A DNA stretch of 64,000 nt, taken from positions 102,037 to 166,036 of the forward strand of contig CAIVRH010000029.1 of the NCBI GenBank assembly GCA_903908285.1. The letters run 5' to 3'. How positions within the stretch are numbered: the first letter of the stretch is position 1; every line of letters starts with the position of its first letter. Position numbers and translations under genes: made by a program. The DNA comes from an uncultured candidate division Zixibacteria bacterium (GTDB lineage Bacteria > Zixibacteria > MSB-5A5 > SM1-73). This document shows positions 1 to 9,940 of this stretch, piece after piece. The notes beneath the pieces were generated by a model that saw only the letters and a program-made list of their open reading frames with translations, ran no database searches and was not told the origin of the DNA.

Positions 1-1726
1 CTATCAATCCATCGTAATTGAAATCATCCGGGATAACCATCGATTCAAGTTTCTTCGCTTTTTCAATTTCCAGGACTTGTCTCTTGATGTACCCCTCATA
101 TTTAATTTCAAGTTCAACTTGTTCATACACTTCCTTTTCAAGCTCCCGCGCTTCCCAATCCACTTCTATTATATCTTTATAGGTAATCTCGGGCATTTTT
201 AATATCTTGGCCAGACAGATCTTTTTATTATTCTCCATTCTTCCAATAAGGTGTTCAAAAGCGGAGATCGAGACAAAGACTCTTCTCAAACGCTTCTTCT
301 CTTTATTAACTCTTTCCATTTTATTCAGATAAGCTTCATAAAGGTTATTTGAAACTAATCCAAATCGATTTCCATATTCCAAAAGCCGCTGATCTGCATT
401 GTCTTCTCGCAAAACTAATCTGTATTCCGCCCGGGATGTGAACATTCGATAAGGTTCCTCCGTCCCTTTGGTAACCAAATCATCTATCAGAACTCCAATA
501 TACGCCTGGCTTCTATCTAAAATGAATGGATTCTCACCTCTTAGCTTCAAAACCGCATTGATCCCTGCCATGATCCCCTGTGCTGCCGCTTCTTCATATC
601 CTGAGGTTCCATTTATCTGGCCTGCGAAGAACAGATTTTCGACTAGTTTTGTTTCAAGGGAATGCTTAAGCTGCGTTGGAGGGAAATAATCGTACTCGAT
701 AGCATAACCTGTCCGCATCATCTGAACATTTTCTAATCCATGAACTGTTCGTAATGCTTTGAGCTGAACATCTTCCGGTAAACTTGTGGCGAAGCCATTG
801 ACATAATATTCGTTGGTACCGATCCCTTCCGGCTCCAAGAAAAGTTGGTGCCTCAGTTTATCTTTGAATTTGACTACTTTATCCTCGATGGACGGACAAT
901 ACCGCGGACCCACACCTTTGATCTTTCCACTATAGAGTGGTGAGCGATCAAGATTATTTAAAATGTACTCATGGGTTTCCTGATTGGTGTAAGTCAAATA
1001 GCAAAGACATTTATTTTGCAGTTCGTTCTTAGTCCGGAGAGAAAACGGTTTGGGAGATTCATCTCCGGGCTGAGGATTGGTCTTGGAGAAATCAATGGTT
1101 CTGCCATCTAATCTGGGCGGTGTACCCGTTTTTAATCGGCCTGCATGAAATCCAAAATTGATCAGATTTTCAGTCAAACCCAATGCAGGAAATTCACCAG
1201 CTCTGCCTGCTGGAAAATGCTCCAACCCTATATGAATCAACCCGTTAAGAAAAGTGCCACAGGTTAGAATCACAGCTTCACCATGATAACCTATCCTGTT
1301 AGCAGTGATAACGCCATATGCTTTTTCATTCTTTACCAGGATCTCAACTATGGTATCCTGTTTGATGAAGAGGTTGTTTTGATTTTCTAAATAATCACGC
1401 ATCACCAATCGATATGCAGATCTGTCGTTCTGGGTCCGGGATGACCATACTGCCGGTCCCTTCTTTTTATTCAGCGTCTTCATTTGAATAGCAGTTTGAT
1501 CCGCCGCCAAACCGATTTCTCCACCCAAAGCATCAATCTCCTTTACCAATTGACCCTTGGCAGATCCGCCAATGGCCGGATTACAAGACATCTGGGCGAT
1601 GGTATCCTTGTTCATGGTGAAAAGGATAGTCTTTTGCCTCATCCGAGCCGCGGCCAGAGCCGCTTCACACCCGGCATGACCGGCGCCTACTACGATTATG
1701 TCAAATTCTTCTTCGTATGTTAACAT
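1..1726 (-). CDS. mnmG: tRNA uridine-5-carboxymethylaminomethyl modification enzyme MnmG (GidA), C-terminally truncated by the window edge
   Basis: Reverse translation starts MLTYEEEFDIIVVGAGHAGCEAALAAARM (FAD dinucleotide fold) and continues with ...RYCPSIEDKVVKF..., typical MnmG/GidA. ATG on the minus strand at 1724-1726. The ORF runs off the window start. Confidence 0.9.
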   Translation of the reverse strand, partial: MLTYEEEFDIIVVGAGHAGCEAALAAARMRQKTILFTMNKDTIAQMSCNPAIGGSAKGQLVKEIDALGGEIGLAADQTAIQMKTLNKKKGPAVWSSRTQNDRSAYRLVMRDYLENQNNLFIKQDTIVEILVKNEKAYGVITANRIGYHGEAVILTCGTFLNGLIHIGLEHFPAGRAGEFPALGLTENLINFGFHAGRLKTGTPPRLDGRTIDFSKTNPQPGDESPKPFSLRTKNELQNKCLCYLTYTNQETHEYILNNLDRSPLYSGKIKGVGPRYCPSIEDKVVKFKDKLRHQLFLEPEGIGTNEYYVNGFATSLPEDVQLKALRTVHGLENVQMMRTGYAIEYDYFPPTQLKHSLETKLVENLFFAGQINGTSGYEEAAAQGIMAGINAVLKLRGENPFILDRSQAYIGVLIDDLVTKGTEEPYRMFTSRAEYRLVLREDNADQRLLEYGNRFGLVSNNLYEAYLNKMERVNKEKKRLRRVFVSISAFEHLIGRMENNKKICLAKILKMPEITYKDIIEVDWEARELEKEVYEQVELEIKYEGYIKRQVLEIEKAKKLESMVIPDDFNYDGLI

Positions 1727-1858
1727 ATCAATATTGATACTACGACTGTTTCACGTGAAACGCAAACCTTATTAGATTTTCCTACCTGTCTATATCATAT
1801 TATAAGGAAACAGGCGGATGATAAAATCCGCCTAGAGCAGGGAACCAAACCAATGCTT

Positions 1859-2380
1859 TTAATATTTCTCCCAATGAAGAATCTCAGATAAGGATTTCTT
1901 CTGCGGTGGTGGTGACCATTTTACCGGTTCGCCTAATGCAATCATCAAGAGCATTCTCTTCTCTCTAGGGACATCCAAAATTTCCTTGAAATGATCTTCG
2001 TGAGGACGCAAACCACCTTCAATCCAACAGCTTCCCCAGCCTAAAGCTCTCGCCGCCAACAGCATATTCACAGTTGCCGATGATCCATCCTCTTTCCAGT
2101 ACTCATTTGTTTCACTTAGAACAACTGCTATTATGGCAGAACATCCGTCAAATTTACCATCTTCATGAGTATTATACTTCCTTCCGGCACTGAAATGATG
2201 TAATATATCATCCAGGGTTTTCTTCTCCGTGACAATCACGAAATCCCATAATTGTCTGTTTACAGCAGAGGGAGCAGCTCTTCCAGCATCCACTATCTTT
2301 TCCAAATCGTTTTTTGGGATTTTTTTACCCGTGAAGGTTCTGATAGTTACTCGAGAGTGAATAGCATCAAATAAATCCAT
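1859..2380 (-). CDS. nitroreductase family protein
   Basis: 173 aa. IHSRVTIRTFTGKKIP...LLAARALGWGSCWIEG is the nitroreductase fold signature. Confidence 0.7.
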   Translation of the reverse strand: MDLFDAIHSRVTIRTFTGKKIPKNDLEKIVDAGRAAPSAVNRQLWDFVIVTEKKTLDDILHHFSAGRKYNTHEDGKFDGCSAIIAVVLSETNEYWKEDGSSATVNMLLAARALGWGSCWIEGGLRPHEDHFKEILDVPREKRMLLMIALGEPVKWSPPPQKKSLSEILHWEKY

Positions 2381-2600
2381 GGAAATCTCCTTTGTTAACC
2401 AGGTTAAATATTGATTTTACACATTTATTGCAGATTACAGAGTGTAAAATGCAAAGTTCAAAATGAAAACCTAAACTTGGATTATTCCAGGAATCTATCT
2501 GCGAACACTTCTTTAATTTTGCATTCTGCACTTTGCAATCTGTACTCTTCATGGAAGTTTTTTAATTTTGCACTCTGTATTCTGCACTGGTTCTTTTATT

Positions 2601-4916
2601 CTATTTGTTCTTAACCTCGCACAGCACCGCATACGCCGGATTCAAAGTCACTTTTTGAGGCTTCATCGGCGCCTGGGGCAATTCGAATTGGTTATGAGGT
2701 TTGTCTACCATTAGGCGCAGTACCGCAAATTGTTCCCCGCCGAAATCCAAAAGCACCGGCACCCACATCTTGAAATCCTTCGATACGTTTTCCTGGGTGA
2801 TCTCGCATTTGACCACATATTTGCCTTCGGTGGTCTCCTCGGTAGTATAGGAAAAATCATAGGTGGGGATCTCCACTCCGTAGACCCACTGGTTGAAGAA
2901 CCAATCCATGTCTTCCCCCATATGTTTTTCCACAATCGCCTGGAAATCAGCGGTGGAGGCGTTCTTCCCCCGGTAAGTCTCCACAAAATCCGCCATCATC
3001 TTAAAAAAACGATCATCACTTTTGGTGTCATAATCCATCATCAAGTTTCGCAGCATGTACAAAACATAAGCTCCTTTTTCGTAAATTAGATTCGAATAAT
3101 CATGGGACTTAGATGAATTAAGACGTTCCCCCAGCCAGATGGGTCCGACTTTGGAACCCTCCTGCCACTTATCCCCCTTTCCTAAAATATCATTACACCA
3201 TTCCTTGAGCTGGTCATGAAAAACGTCTTTATCTTTTATGAACAAGTTAGCGAACCAAACACCGGAAAACTCGGCAAAACCCTCGGAGAGCCAATAATCA
3301 TGATAGCTTTCACATCCCACTATGTTACCCCACCATTGATGCGATACCTCGTGCGCCCGGAATGACATCACCTCAAATTCGGTCTCATGCGTTCCTTCAT
3401 CCGCCACAAAAGCAATCCAGGAGAGACGCAAAAGCCCGGGAAAACCCTCTCCGAAGGAAGAGGGGATCTCCGTGGCTAATATCGAGGGGAAGGGACATTT
3501 CCCATAAACCGTTTGAAAGTAATTGAGACTGTTCACCACGTCTGTGGCTACGCTCTCTTTTGATTTTTTAAATCCCTGATAATATACACTGACTTTTGGT
3601 ACACCCTCTACATTCATGTCGTAGGTCTTAAGATTGCCATAAGTGAATGAAAAATATCTAACCGGAATCTCCTCCACCCATTGAGTACAAAGAGAGTCCC
3701 CCTCCACCCATTCCTTCGTTTTTTCCCCGATGGAAGCCAGCTTGTAACTCTTTGGATATTTATAAGTTATATCATAAGTAGCTCTTTGGTACCCATATCG
3801 CGGATACCAATCAGCGCTGGACTTCATATATAAATCTCCATACTCATCCTGCCTGATTATATCCTTACCGTGGTATTTAAAGTTCAATTTATAAATCTCA
3901 TCTGTCTTTGTCGGCAGGGGAAGTACAACCGAGACCCCATACTGGTCATCTTCCTTGATAAAAGGAAGCGAATCACCCTTATCGTCGGTAATCTTTTCGA
4001 TTCTCAAATCCTTGTACAGATCAAAATTAAGTACTCGCAAACCGTCAACCAAACTTTCAAAGTCGATCTCCACATTGGCGGACAATCTCTCCATTACGTC
4101 GATGGTCACGAACATGGTATAGTGGGTAATTTGGATGTCGTCCTTTTGCTCATGGGGAACGGGGGTGTATCCGGCAGAAGGATTATCTTGATAATCTTTC
4201 TTTTGATGAAACGAGCAAACCCGGTCGCGGGCAGAAATACCAGGTAAATCGACCGGTTTCCTCAAGTTTACCTCCTCTATCTGTTTGGGATCGAAGGTGA
4301 AGAAAAAACGACCCTGCTGGCTGGTGTTGACGTCCGCATACAGAAAACCATGGTTCCTATCCGGATTATTCAACGAAGATGAGGAGTCGGCCAGTACGTC
4401 CTCCATAATGCGACACCAGAGATTCCCACCGGTCTCCTTGACAATATGCTCCGGGCGACTACTGATTATCGACTTGAATTTCCCCGTCACCTCTCCGGCG
4501 ATAAACTTAAGCCGATGCTCCAATTCCTGAGCGGTTGTATCCGAAAACAGAAGATACAGCTCGTCGAATGGCGAGTTTAAGCTATCCTGCCCGGTGAACC
4601 GGTTGAGCTGATATTTCTCGATATCATTGGGGGGAGTGAATTCGAAAATCCCTTCTCCCACAAAGACCGCCCCGATGACCTTTCCGTTCACCGGCTGAGA
4701 AAGGCAGATTTTCCCTTTATTCAGCCGGAAGACCGCCGCATCCCTTACCAATACCAGGCTCTCTACCTCTGCTATTTTATTCCCATCCAAAGACAGTTCC
4801 TTGATCTGGTCATAAACTGTGGTTCCCTGCTGTTTTATTTGTCCCAATACCCTGGTGGGAAGAGATAATAAAATTATCCCGCAGATCAGTATATATTTGA
4901 GTTGTTTCATCACCAC
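2601..4916 (-). CDS. secreted M1-family zinc metallopeptidase (aminopeptidase N-like)
   Basis: N-terminal signal peptide (MKQLKYILICGIILLSLPTRVLGQ). HEVSHQWWGN (HExxH) followed by WLSEGFAEF (gluzincin third ligand Glu). Confidence 0.85.
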   Translation of the reverse strand: MVMKQLKYILICGIILLSLPTRVLGQIKQQGTTVYDQIKELSLDGNKIAEVESLVLVRDAAVFRLNKGKICLSQPVNGKVIGAVFVGEGIFEFTPPNDIEKYQLNRFTGQDSLNSPFDELYLLFSDTTAQELEHRLKFIAGEVTGKFKSIISSRPEHIVKETGGNLWCRIMEDVLADSSSSLNNPDRNHGFLYADVNTSQQGRFFFTFDPKQIEEVNLRKPVDLPGISARDRVCSFHQKKDYQDNPSAGYTPVPHEQKDDIQITHYTMFVTIDVMERLSANVEIDFESLVDGLRVLNFDLYKDLRIEKITDDKGDSLPFIKEDDQYGVSVVLPLPTKTDEIYKLNFKYHGKDIIRQDEYGDLYMKSSADWYPRYGYQRATYDITYKYPKSYKLASIGEKTKEWVEGDSLCTQWVEEIPVRYFSFTYGNLKTYDMNVEGVPKVSVYYQGFKKSKESVATDVVNSLNYFQTVYGKCPFPSILATEIPSSFGEGFPGLLRLSWIAFVADEGTHETEFEVMSFRAHEVSHQWWGNIVGCESYHDYWLSEGFAEFSGVWFANLFIKDKDVFHDQLKEWCNDILGKGDKWQEGSKVGPIWLGERLNSSKSHDYSNLIYEKGAYVLYMLRNLMMDYDTKSDDRFFKMMADFVETYRGKNASTADFQAIVEKHMGEDMDWFFNQWVYGVEIPTYDFSYTTEETTEGKYVVKCEITQENVSKDFKMWVPVLLDFGGEQFAVLRLMVDKPHNQFELPQAPMKPQKVTLNPAYAVLCEVKNK

Positions 4917-5114
4917 ACCCCCTGAATTTGATTAGATTTTTTCCTTACGGCAAACCAGCACCGATTCAAGATAATTTAACCCGAAAAATAATATATGTTC
5001 AGGCTGTATAAAAGTAAAGCAACTTTTCTTTTGACACTTAAGAGCCGTGTAATCAAAGACGATAAGAAAATTAAGCTAAAGGGGCGGAATTCAATATTCA
5101 AAAGGGGGGGTTGT

Positions 5115-5657
5115 ATGAACGGGGCCATGTTTAACAGTTTGGCTCGGTATATAGACAAGAACTATCCACGGGTCTCTTTCTCCGATCTATGCCGGGAAGC
5201 ATCCCTGAAGACCAACGTGTTTGCCGAATTGACTTGGTATCCGGATAAAGATTTCATAAAAGTAATGGAGTTTCTCAGTGAACAGACCGAAACCGATCTT
5301 TCCACCCTTTGGAGGGATTTCGGCCGGGAGACTTTCCATTATTTTGCAGACATATTTGGTGATTACCTGCATGGGATTAAAACCTTTCCCAATCTGATAA
5401 CGAACCTGAATCGGATTCATCAACAGATAAAACGGGATGGATTGGGAACTCCTCCCCTGCTGGAGTTTAAGGAGGCTTCTCCCGATCATTTCGAGATAAG
5501 GTATACCTCCGACAGGAAGCTTTACGATTTCTTCCTGGGAATGCTGGAGGGAGCCACAAAATATTACAAAACAGATACAAAGATTCTGGGGAAAAAGGAG
5601 CGCGGCAAACTCATCGTCACCATAACCACCAAACAGCTGGAGCCAGAACTGGTTTAA
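5115..5657 (+). CDS. stand-alone H-NOX (haem nitric oxide/oxygen-binding) domain protein
   Basis: About 180 aa. Candidate proximal His (NRIHQQI), GTPPLL, and the Y-x-S-x-R haem-propionate motif (IRYTSDRKLYDFFLGMLEGATKYY) in the same spacing as characterised H-NOX proteins. AGGGGG RBS before the ATG at 5115. The annotated ORF start at 4995 is probably too long. Confidence 0.55.
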   Translation: MNGAMFNSLARYIDKNYPRVSFSDLCREASLKTNVFAELTWYPDKDFIKVMEFLSEQTETDLSTLWRDFGRETFHYFADIFGDYLHGIKTFPNLITNLNRIHQQIKRDGLGTPPLLEFKEASPDHFEIRYTSDRKLYDFFLGMLEGATKYYKTDTKILGKKERGKLIVTITTKQLEPELV

Positions 5658-5842
5658 ATTAAGAAGAATATCAAAAGAGGGATAGAAAATGTTGGGGTGG
5701 AACTTCTCCGCTAAAAAGTAGAAGCTCCACCCTTTTATTATTGCCGGTTGGGATTCGGATGGCGATGATGAAGATATATTTTGTGAATTCAAGCCGACGG
5801 ACTTAAAATATGATTTGTATTTCTTATTTCCTCCGATGTTTG

Positions 5843-6625
5843 TCATTTCCTTCTTACCATGAACTCACCAAAGGAAGCGCAAATTTCGAATCCTAATTTT
5901 TCATAGCAGGAAATAGCGCTGTGGTTGTCTGCCTTGACGTTCAAACCGATGCAATCTATATTTTTGGACAGGGATTGACAAAGTTTGGCAGTGACCAGTT
6001 TGCCGTATCCTTTGCCTCTGGATGAAGGATGAGTGGTAATGTTCCCCAAAGCTGCCACCCTGTATTCCTCGGAAAAGACGTGAACCCCGGCAATGCTGAC
6101 CAGTTTACCGTCTTCCCGGATACCGAAATACTGATTGGTTTCCAGCATCCTTGAATCAAACCAATTCCCCGGATAGCTCTCTTCATATAGCTGAATCATA
6201 TCATTTTGATCCAACTTGGATAAACGGATAACCTGTGAGCAATCCAATTTCTTGATCACGGACCGATCCTTCAATGTCATCTTGTAGTGCACACCAAAAG
6301 ATTCGAGTTCGAAGCTGTCCTGAACAACCTTCTCCAATCCGGGGCTGAAATGAGCGTAGAATTTAGCGGGCAAAATAGGGAGAATCGACTTGAGCAAATT
6401 CGCCATGTAAGTCGGTGGTTCCGCCAGCGCCAAAAGTGTCGGCAGTGTTAGTCCGGTGTATAGCAAAGCTATGGCTTGAGGTATCTCATTATCAGTGAGG
6501 GCGTACCGGGTAGTATAGGGCCAAAAGAAATCGTCTAAATCTCCCAGCTCATAGATGTGTAGATCGATATTTTTCCGCAGGAAAAGCTCAATCGTTCTCT
6601 TGTCGTGTAAACATATCACCGGCAT
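5843..6625 (-). CDS. GNAT family N-acetyltransferase
   Basis: The C-terminal half has the acetyl-CoA binding motif RGKGYGKLVTAKLCQ...CYEKLGFE. Confidence 0.65.
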   Translation of the reverse strand: MPVICLHDKRTIELFLRKNIDLHIYELGDLDDFFWPYTTRYALTDNEIPQAIALLYTGLTLPTLLALAEPPTYMANLLKSILPILPAKFYAHFSPGLEKVVQDSFELESFGVHYKMTLKDRSVIKKLDCSQVIRLSKLDQNDMIQLYEESYPGNWFDSRMLETNQYFGIREDGKLVSIAGVHVFSEEYRVAALGNITTHPSSRGKGYGKLVTAKLCQSLSKNIDCIGLNVKADNHSAISCYEKLGFEICASFGEFMVRRK

Positions 6626-6953
6626 TCAGTCACCTTTTGATTGCTTCAACTATTTATAGAGCTTTTCGTCCCTCTTGTCAAGGGAGGACTGGTAGGGATT
6701 AGAGAATTCTGAGGAGCTCGGTCCTCCTGACTAACTACCTAAACTCACCCCTTTGTCCCCTCTCTTTTTAAGAGAGGGGATTTATGGTATTTCTGACCTT
6801 TCTGACCTTATGGTGAGAGTTTTCATTTTTGCTAAAGTGGTCTTGCTGTACAAGCTATGCTGTTCATACAAAAGGAGATAACAGATTTGCCATGCCGGTG
6901 TTTCTGACGTTTCTGACCTTACTGGGCTTTGTTTTTCTAATTTTTTCATCATT

Positions 6954-7496
6954 TTAATGCTTCTTTTGAGATAAAAGGTTGTCATTCCACAGGATAGCGG
7001 AAGAGCCGCTTGATGTTTTTACTTTTGTGAAGCCCAGGGTGGAGAGGAGTCGGCCTATCCGGTGATAAGTGAGCCGGTTTTCTTCGGATTTACCTTGATT
7101 AAAAGTATCGGTAATGGTTTTTACCGGAAGAATGCCATTCTCCACCTGAAACCTCAGCCCAAAAATAGTTGCTTTGATTTGAGACTCGAGGTGGTTGGGA
7201 TCGGGATAATGTTTTGGCAATTCTTCCTGTCTTATGGTTTCTATTTCGTCCCAGATGGATTTTTCGTCCCTATGGGTTTCATTCCCACCCTTAAAAGTTT
7301 CAGCCACCTTCTGTTTAAGCTGGATAGCTTTCAAGACATCCTGGACTCTGGGTTTATAGGAATCTTCATCCAACTTTTTGATGAGTTTATCGATTAAGGT
7401 TTCCAGGAACTTCAACAACTCGGAATCATCCCGTCTACTAGGCTCGGAATTGGAATCGAATGAATGGTCCATATAAATATCCTCGTTCAGTAACAC
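6954..7496 (-). CDS. hypothetical protein
   Basis: 180-aa ORF with coding-like composition. An ATTTTGAAT tandem motif lies immediately upstream. No recognisable domain. Confidence 0.4.
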   Translation of the reverse strand: MLLNEDIYMDHSFDSNSEPSRRDDSELLKFLETLIDKLIKKLDEDSYKPRVQDVLKAIQLKQKVAETFKGGNETHRDEKSIWDEIETIRQEELPKHYPDPNHLESQIKATIFGLRFQVENGILPVKTITDTFNQGKSEENRLTYHRIGRLLSTLGFTKVKTSSGSSAILWNDNLLSQKKH

Positions 7497-7691
7497 ATAA
7501 TGAATTCAAATTTCAAAATTCAAGATTCAAAATTGCAATTCAAAATTCTAAATTACTCATTATATGATTGCAGAAACCGGTTTACCTGCACTTTGCTATT
7601 ATTACTCCCCTCACTAATCCCGCCACTGTCCTTTTCACCATCGAAGTTGTACCGAATTTGTATTGTGGGGGAAAGAGAGAATATGGGGTAG

Positions 7692-7797
7692 AACCCCCCG
7701 AATCCCCCTTGTCAGGGGGATAATCCCCCTAATATCTTTAAAGGGTGAAGTTCCTTAGGATGAACTCCCTGTCAGTGTAACGGAGAGGGGGATAATA
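7692..7797. repeat. family-1 variant element (cccccttgtcaggggga ... ctccctgtcagtgtaacggagaggggga)
   Basis: Two related palindromes. A shorter copy lies at 8201-8235. Confidence 0.55.
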
Positions 7798-7928
7798 CGG
7801 TCAACGGTTCGACTTCCTTCGGCTTTACCTCTGGACATGTCGCTCACCATCTTCGACGGATGAAGCGCCCATACGCCCGGACGGGCCCCGTCTGGGGGCG
7901 CCCGTCTGGACGGATGGAACGGATTAAC

Positions 7929-7958
7929 ATAAAAAACGCCCGAAATAACAGTCGGGCG
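7929..7958 (-). terminator. Rho-independent terminator candidate
   Basis: Perfect 7-bp stem cgcccga/tcgggcg with an 8-nt loop, followed on the minus strand by TTTTTTAT. Confidence 0.45.
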
Positions 7959-8280
7959 CTACGCATACAAATTCTTGCTCGTCATGAACATCTTGTCAGT
8001 GACATTTAGTAAAATGGCAACGGAAATACAAAAGAGGAGTAAACCGAATGGTTCACCCCAGAGGCGTCCTTCGATCCTTCGATAAACTCAGGATGCTGAG
8101 CGAAGTCGAAGCATAAAGCTCAGGACTTCGTAAAGACTCTGCTACGCGGATTGGGTTCTCGTTGGATGATAACATCCAACGAGAGCGGGGCTTTTCGTCC
8201 TTGCAAACCCCCTGTTTCCCCCTTGTCAGGGGGATAAACCAGTATCGTCCTTCTGATAAGGAGGACAGTATGAGGACTTT

Positions 8281-8835
8281 TTACTTCACGACAAAACGCT
8301 CGATCCACTGTTCGAATGCTTGCAGGAATTTCTTCAGGTAATCTCTTGTCGAATCGTTGATCAAATTCCCTTTGTCGTCGAACAAGCTGGCAGCATTGCC
8401 GATGTATGCTTCTGGCTGTCCCATGGTGGGCACGTTGACGAACACCAGAGACTGCCTGAGGTGATGGTTGGCGCCAAAAGCACCGAGCGCACCTGTGGTG
8501 CAGCTGATGACCGCGCCCGGTTTACCGTTCCACGTGTTTTGTCCATATGGACGCGATCCCATATCGATGGCGTTTTTCAAAACGGCGGGAACCGAGCGGT
8601 TATACTCCGGTGTAACAAACAGAACGGCATCGGCCGATTTGACCCTCTGCCTGAATTCGTTCACTTCTTTGGGCGGATTTTCCTCGAGATCTTGATTGTA
8701 GAACGGCAGATTGCCGATTTCGACGATTTCAAGCTTGAGCGATTCCGGCGCCAGAACAATTAATGCTTTTGCTAATTTGCGATTCCACGAATCCCTACGC
8801 AAACTGCCGACAAAGACTGCTACATTCTTGTACAT
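8281..8835 (-). CDS. NADPH-dependent FMN reductase family protein
   Basis: 184 aa. MYKNVAVFVGSLRRDSWNRKLAKA...VLFVTPEYNRSVPAVLKNAIDMGSRPYG is the FMN_red/ChrR/ArsH-type fold. Confidence 0.8.
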   Translation of the reverse strand: MYKNVAVFVGSLRRDSWNRKLAKALIVLAPESLKLEIVEIGNLPFYNQDLEENPPKEVNEFRQRVKSADAVLFVTPEYNRSVPAVLKNAIDMGSRPYGQNTWNGKPGAVISCTTGALGAFGANHHLRQSLVFVNVPTMGQPEAYIGNAASLFDDKGNLINDSTRDYLKKFLQAFEQWIERFVVK

Positions 8836-8872
8836 AACCCTAAAATCCTTTCACCAAAAATAAGACTACATT

Positions 8873-8899
8873 AGAATAGTGTGAGGAGCACGGGATTCC
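8873..8899 (-). repeat. cassette-boundary element (attC-like imperfect palindrome), copy a
   Basis: agaatagtgtgaggagcacgggattcc, about 45 nt downstream of the stop of gene 8942-9322. rc reads GGAATCCCGTGCTCCTCACACTATTCT. Confidence 0.5.
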
Positions 8900-8941
8900 T
8901 ATCTTACTGATAATTGATCACCATATTCAGCTTTGAGTTCT

Positions 8942-9322
8942 TTACGAAGATACCTTTTGCGGAAGGAGCAGATAACCAAAACCGACCGCAAAGAAGAGAT
9001 AGATGATAACGATACCCCAGCCGAGCACATTCAAACCGCCGGAGAGCAAAATTGTCAGTGTGGCCACAAAGGCAACGGCATCATAGACGAATAAAGCCAG
9101 GATGATAGCCCACCGGGTGGCAGATGCTTCTGCGTTTCTGGCAAACCAGGTGAGCATGAGATTGCCGCAAAGTGCCGCCCCGTATTCCCTCGCCAACAGG
9201 GCGGCTCCCGAACCGAAAGAGGCGCCCAGAAGTTTCATAAGCGGTCCCGGCGCAAAGAGCAGGATTGGCGCGAATCCAATACAGACAACTGCCTTGATGA
9301 TCATCAGGGTTTTGAATTTCAT
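8942..9322 (-). CDS. small integral membrane protein
   Basis: 126 aa with four predicted hydrophobic helices. Confidence 0.45.
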   Translation of the reverse strand: MKFKTLMIIKAVVCIGFAPILLFAPGPLMKLLGASFGSGAALLAREYGAALCGNLMLTWFARNAEASATRWAIILALFVYDAVAFVATLTILLSGGLNVLGWGIVIIYLFFAVGFGYLLLPQKVSS

Positions 9323-9365
9323 CGAAACCCTCCCTCTTTTGAAAAGGTTATAGGTATAACTCTAT

Positions 9366-9689
9366 TTAAGCTACCGGACTCCATATATTGGCTGAAAAAG
9401 TGGCTGGTTCGATCAGCAGGTGAAAAGCCGACTGAATTTTCTTCATCCCCTCGTCGTCGAAAATCCTTTTATTTATCTTCTCGCTTTCTGCCAGGTTCTC
9501 GTACTCCCATATTTCAATGTACATGCCGGTCGGTGAACCGTAGGTCTGCTTGAAAAGCTTCCACGATATCACCCCGTCGAAAAGCTGGGCATGATCCTGC
9601 TTGTATTTGACGAACTCGTTCAGCAATGGCGTGAATTCTGCTTTTTTTTCTGCTTTCACAACATACGTTTCCACTACGAAGATACTCAT
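9366..9689 (-). CDS. ABM-like (antibiotic biosynthesis monooxygenase / stress-responsive alpha-beta barrel) protein
   Basis: 107 aa with the ferredoxin-like pattern ...FVKYKQDH...MYIEIWEYENLAESEK... Confidence 0.4.
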   Translation of the reverse strand: MSIFVVETYVVKAEKKAEFTPLLNEFVKYKQDHAQLFDGVISWKLFKQTYGSPTGMYIEIWEYENLAESEKINKRIFDDEGMKKIQSAFHLLIEPATFSANIWSPVA

Positions 9690-9759
9690 CTCTTCACCTC
9701 CTTCAAGCGAATTGAACTGCGCACTTGATAAATGAATGGTATCCGGGGCATGGTTTTCA

Positions 9760-9853
9760 TGATTTGGTGCTTGGTGCCAGCGCTGTTGCCAATTTACGGT
9801 TCCACGACTCCTTACGCAAACTGCCGACGAAGACTGCTAGATTCTTGTTCATA
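9760..9853 (-). pseudogene. degenerate 5' fragment of a FMN-reductase gene
   Basis: rc reads MNKNLAVFVGSLRKESWNRKLATALAPST*. About 85% nucleotide identity to 8760-8835 (the start of the intact FMN-reductase gene). Confidence 0.6.
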
Positions 9854-9940
9854 ATTACCTCTTTATGAAAGAGGATAATCTGTGTCAGGAGCTCGGAACA
9901 CATGACCACCGACTAGATGGAATAAATATATTATCCTTCT

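Noticed and set aside
2711-3089. ORFs 2711-2986 (-) and 2730-3089 (+) of 91-119 aa
   Set aside because: Nested inside or antisense to the M1 peptidase gene, which has unambiguous HExxH…E motifs. Arg/Pro/His-rich composition typical of out-of-frame translation.
5187-5846. 219-aa minus-strand ORF
   Set aside because: Lies entirely antisense to the H-NOX gene, which has clear family motifs and an RBS. No domain signal. Low-complexity translation.
7803-7862. Possible tRNA-derived or protein-coding fragment (ggttcgacttccttcggctt…; rc reads MVSDMSRGKAEGSRT)
   Set aside because: A second copy at 61995-62050 translates similarly (MVSDLSRGEAEGSRT). Both are short, lack any downstream ORF, and share the TCCTTCGA/TCGAAGGA core with other degenerate intergenic repeats. 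Treated as a repeat family.
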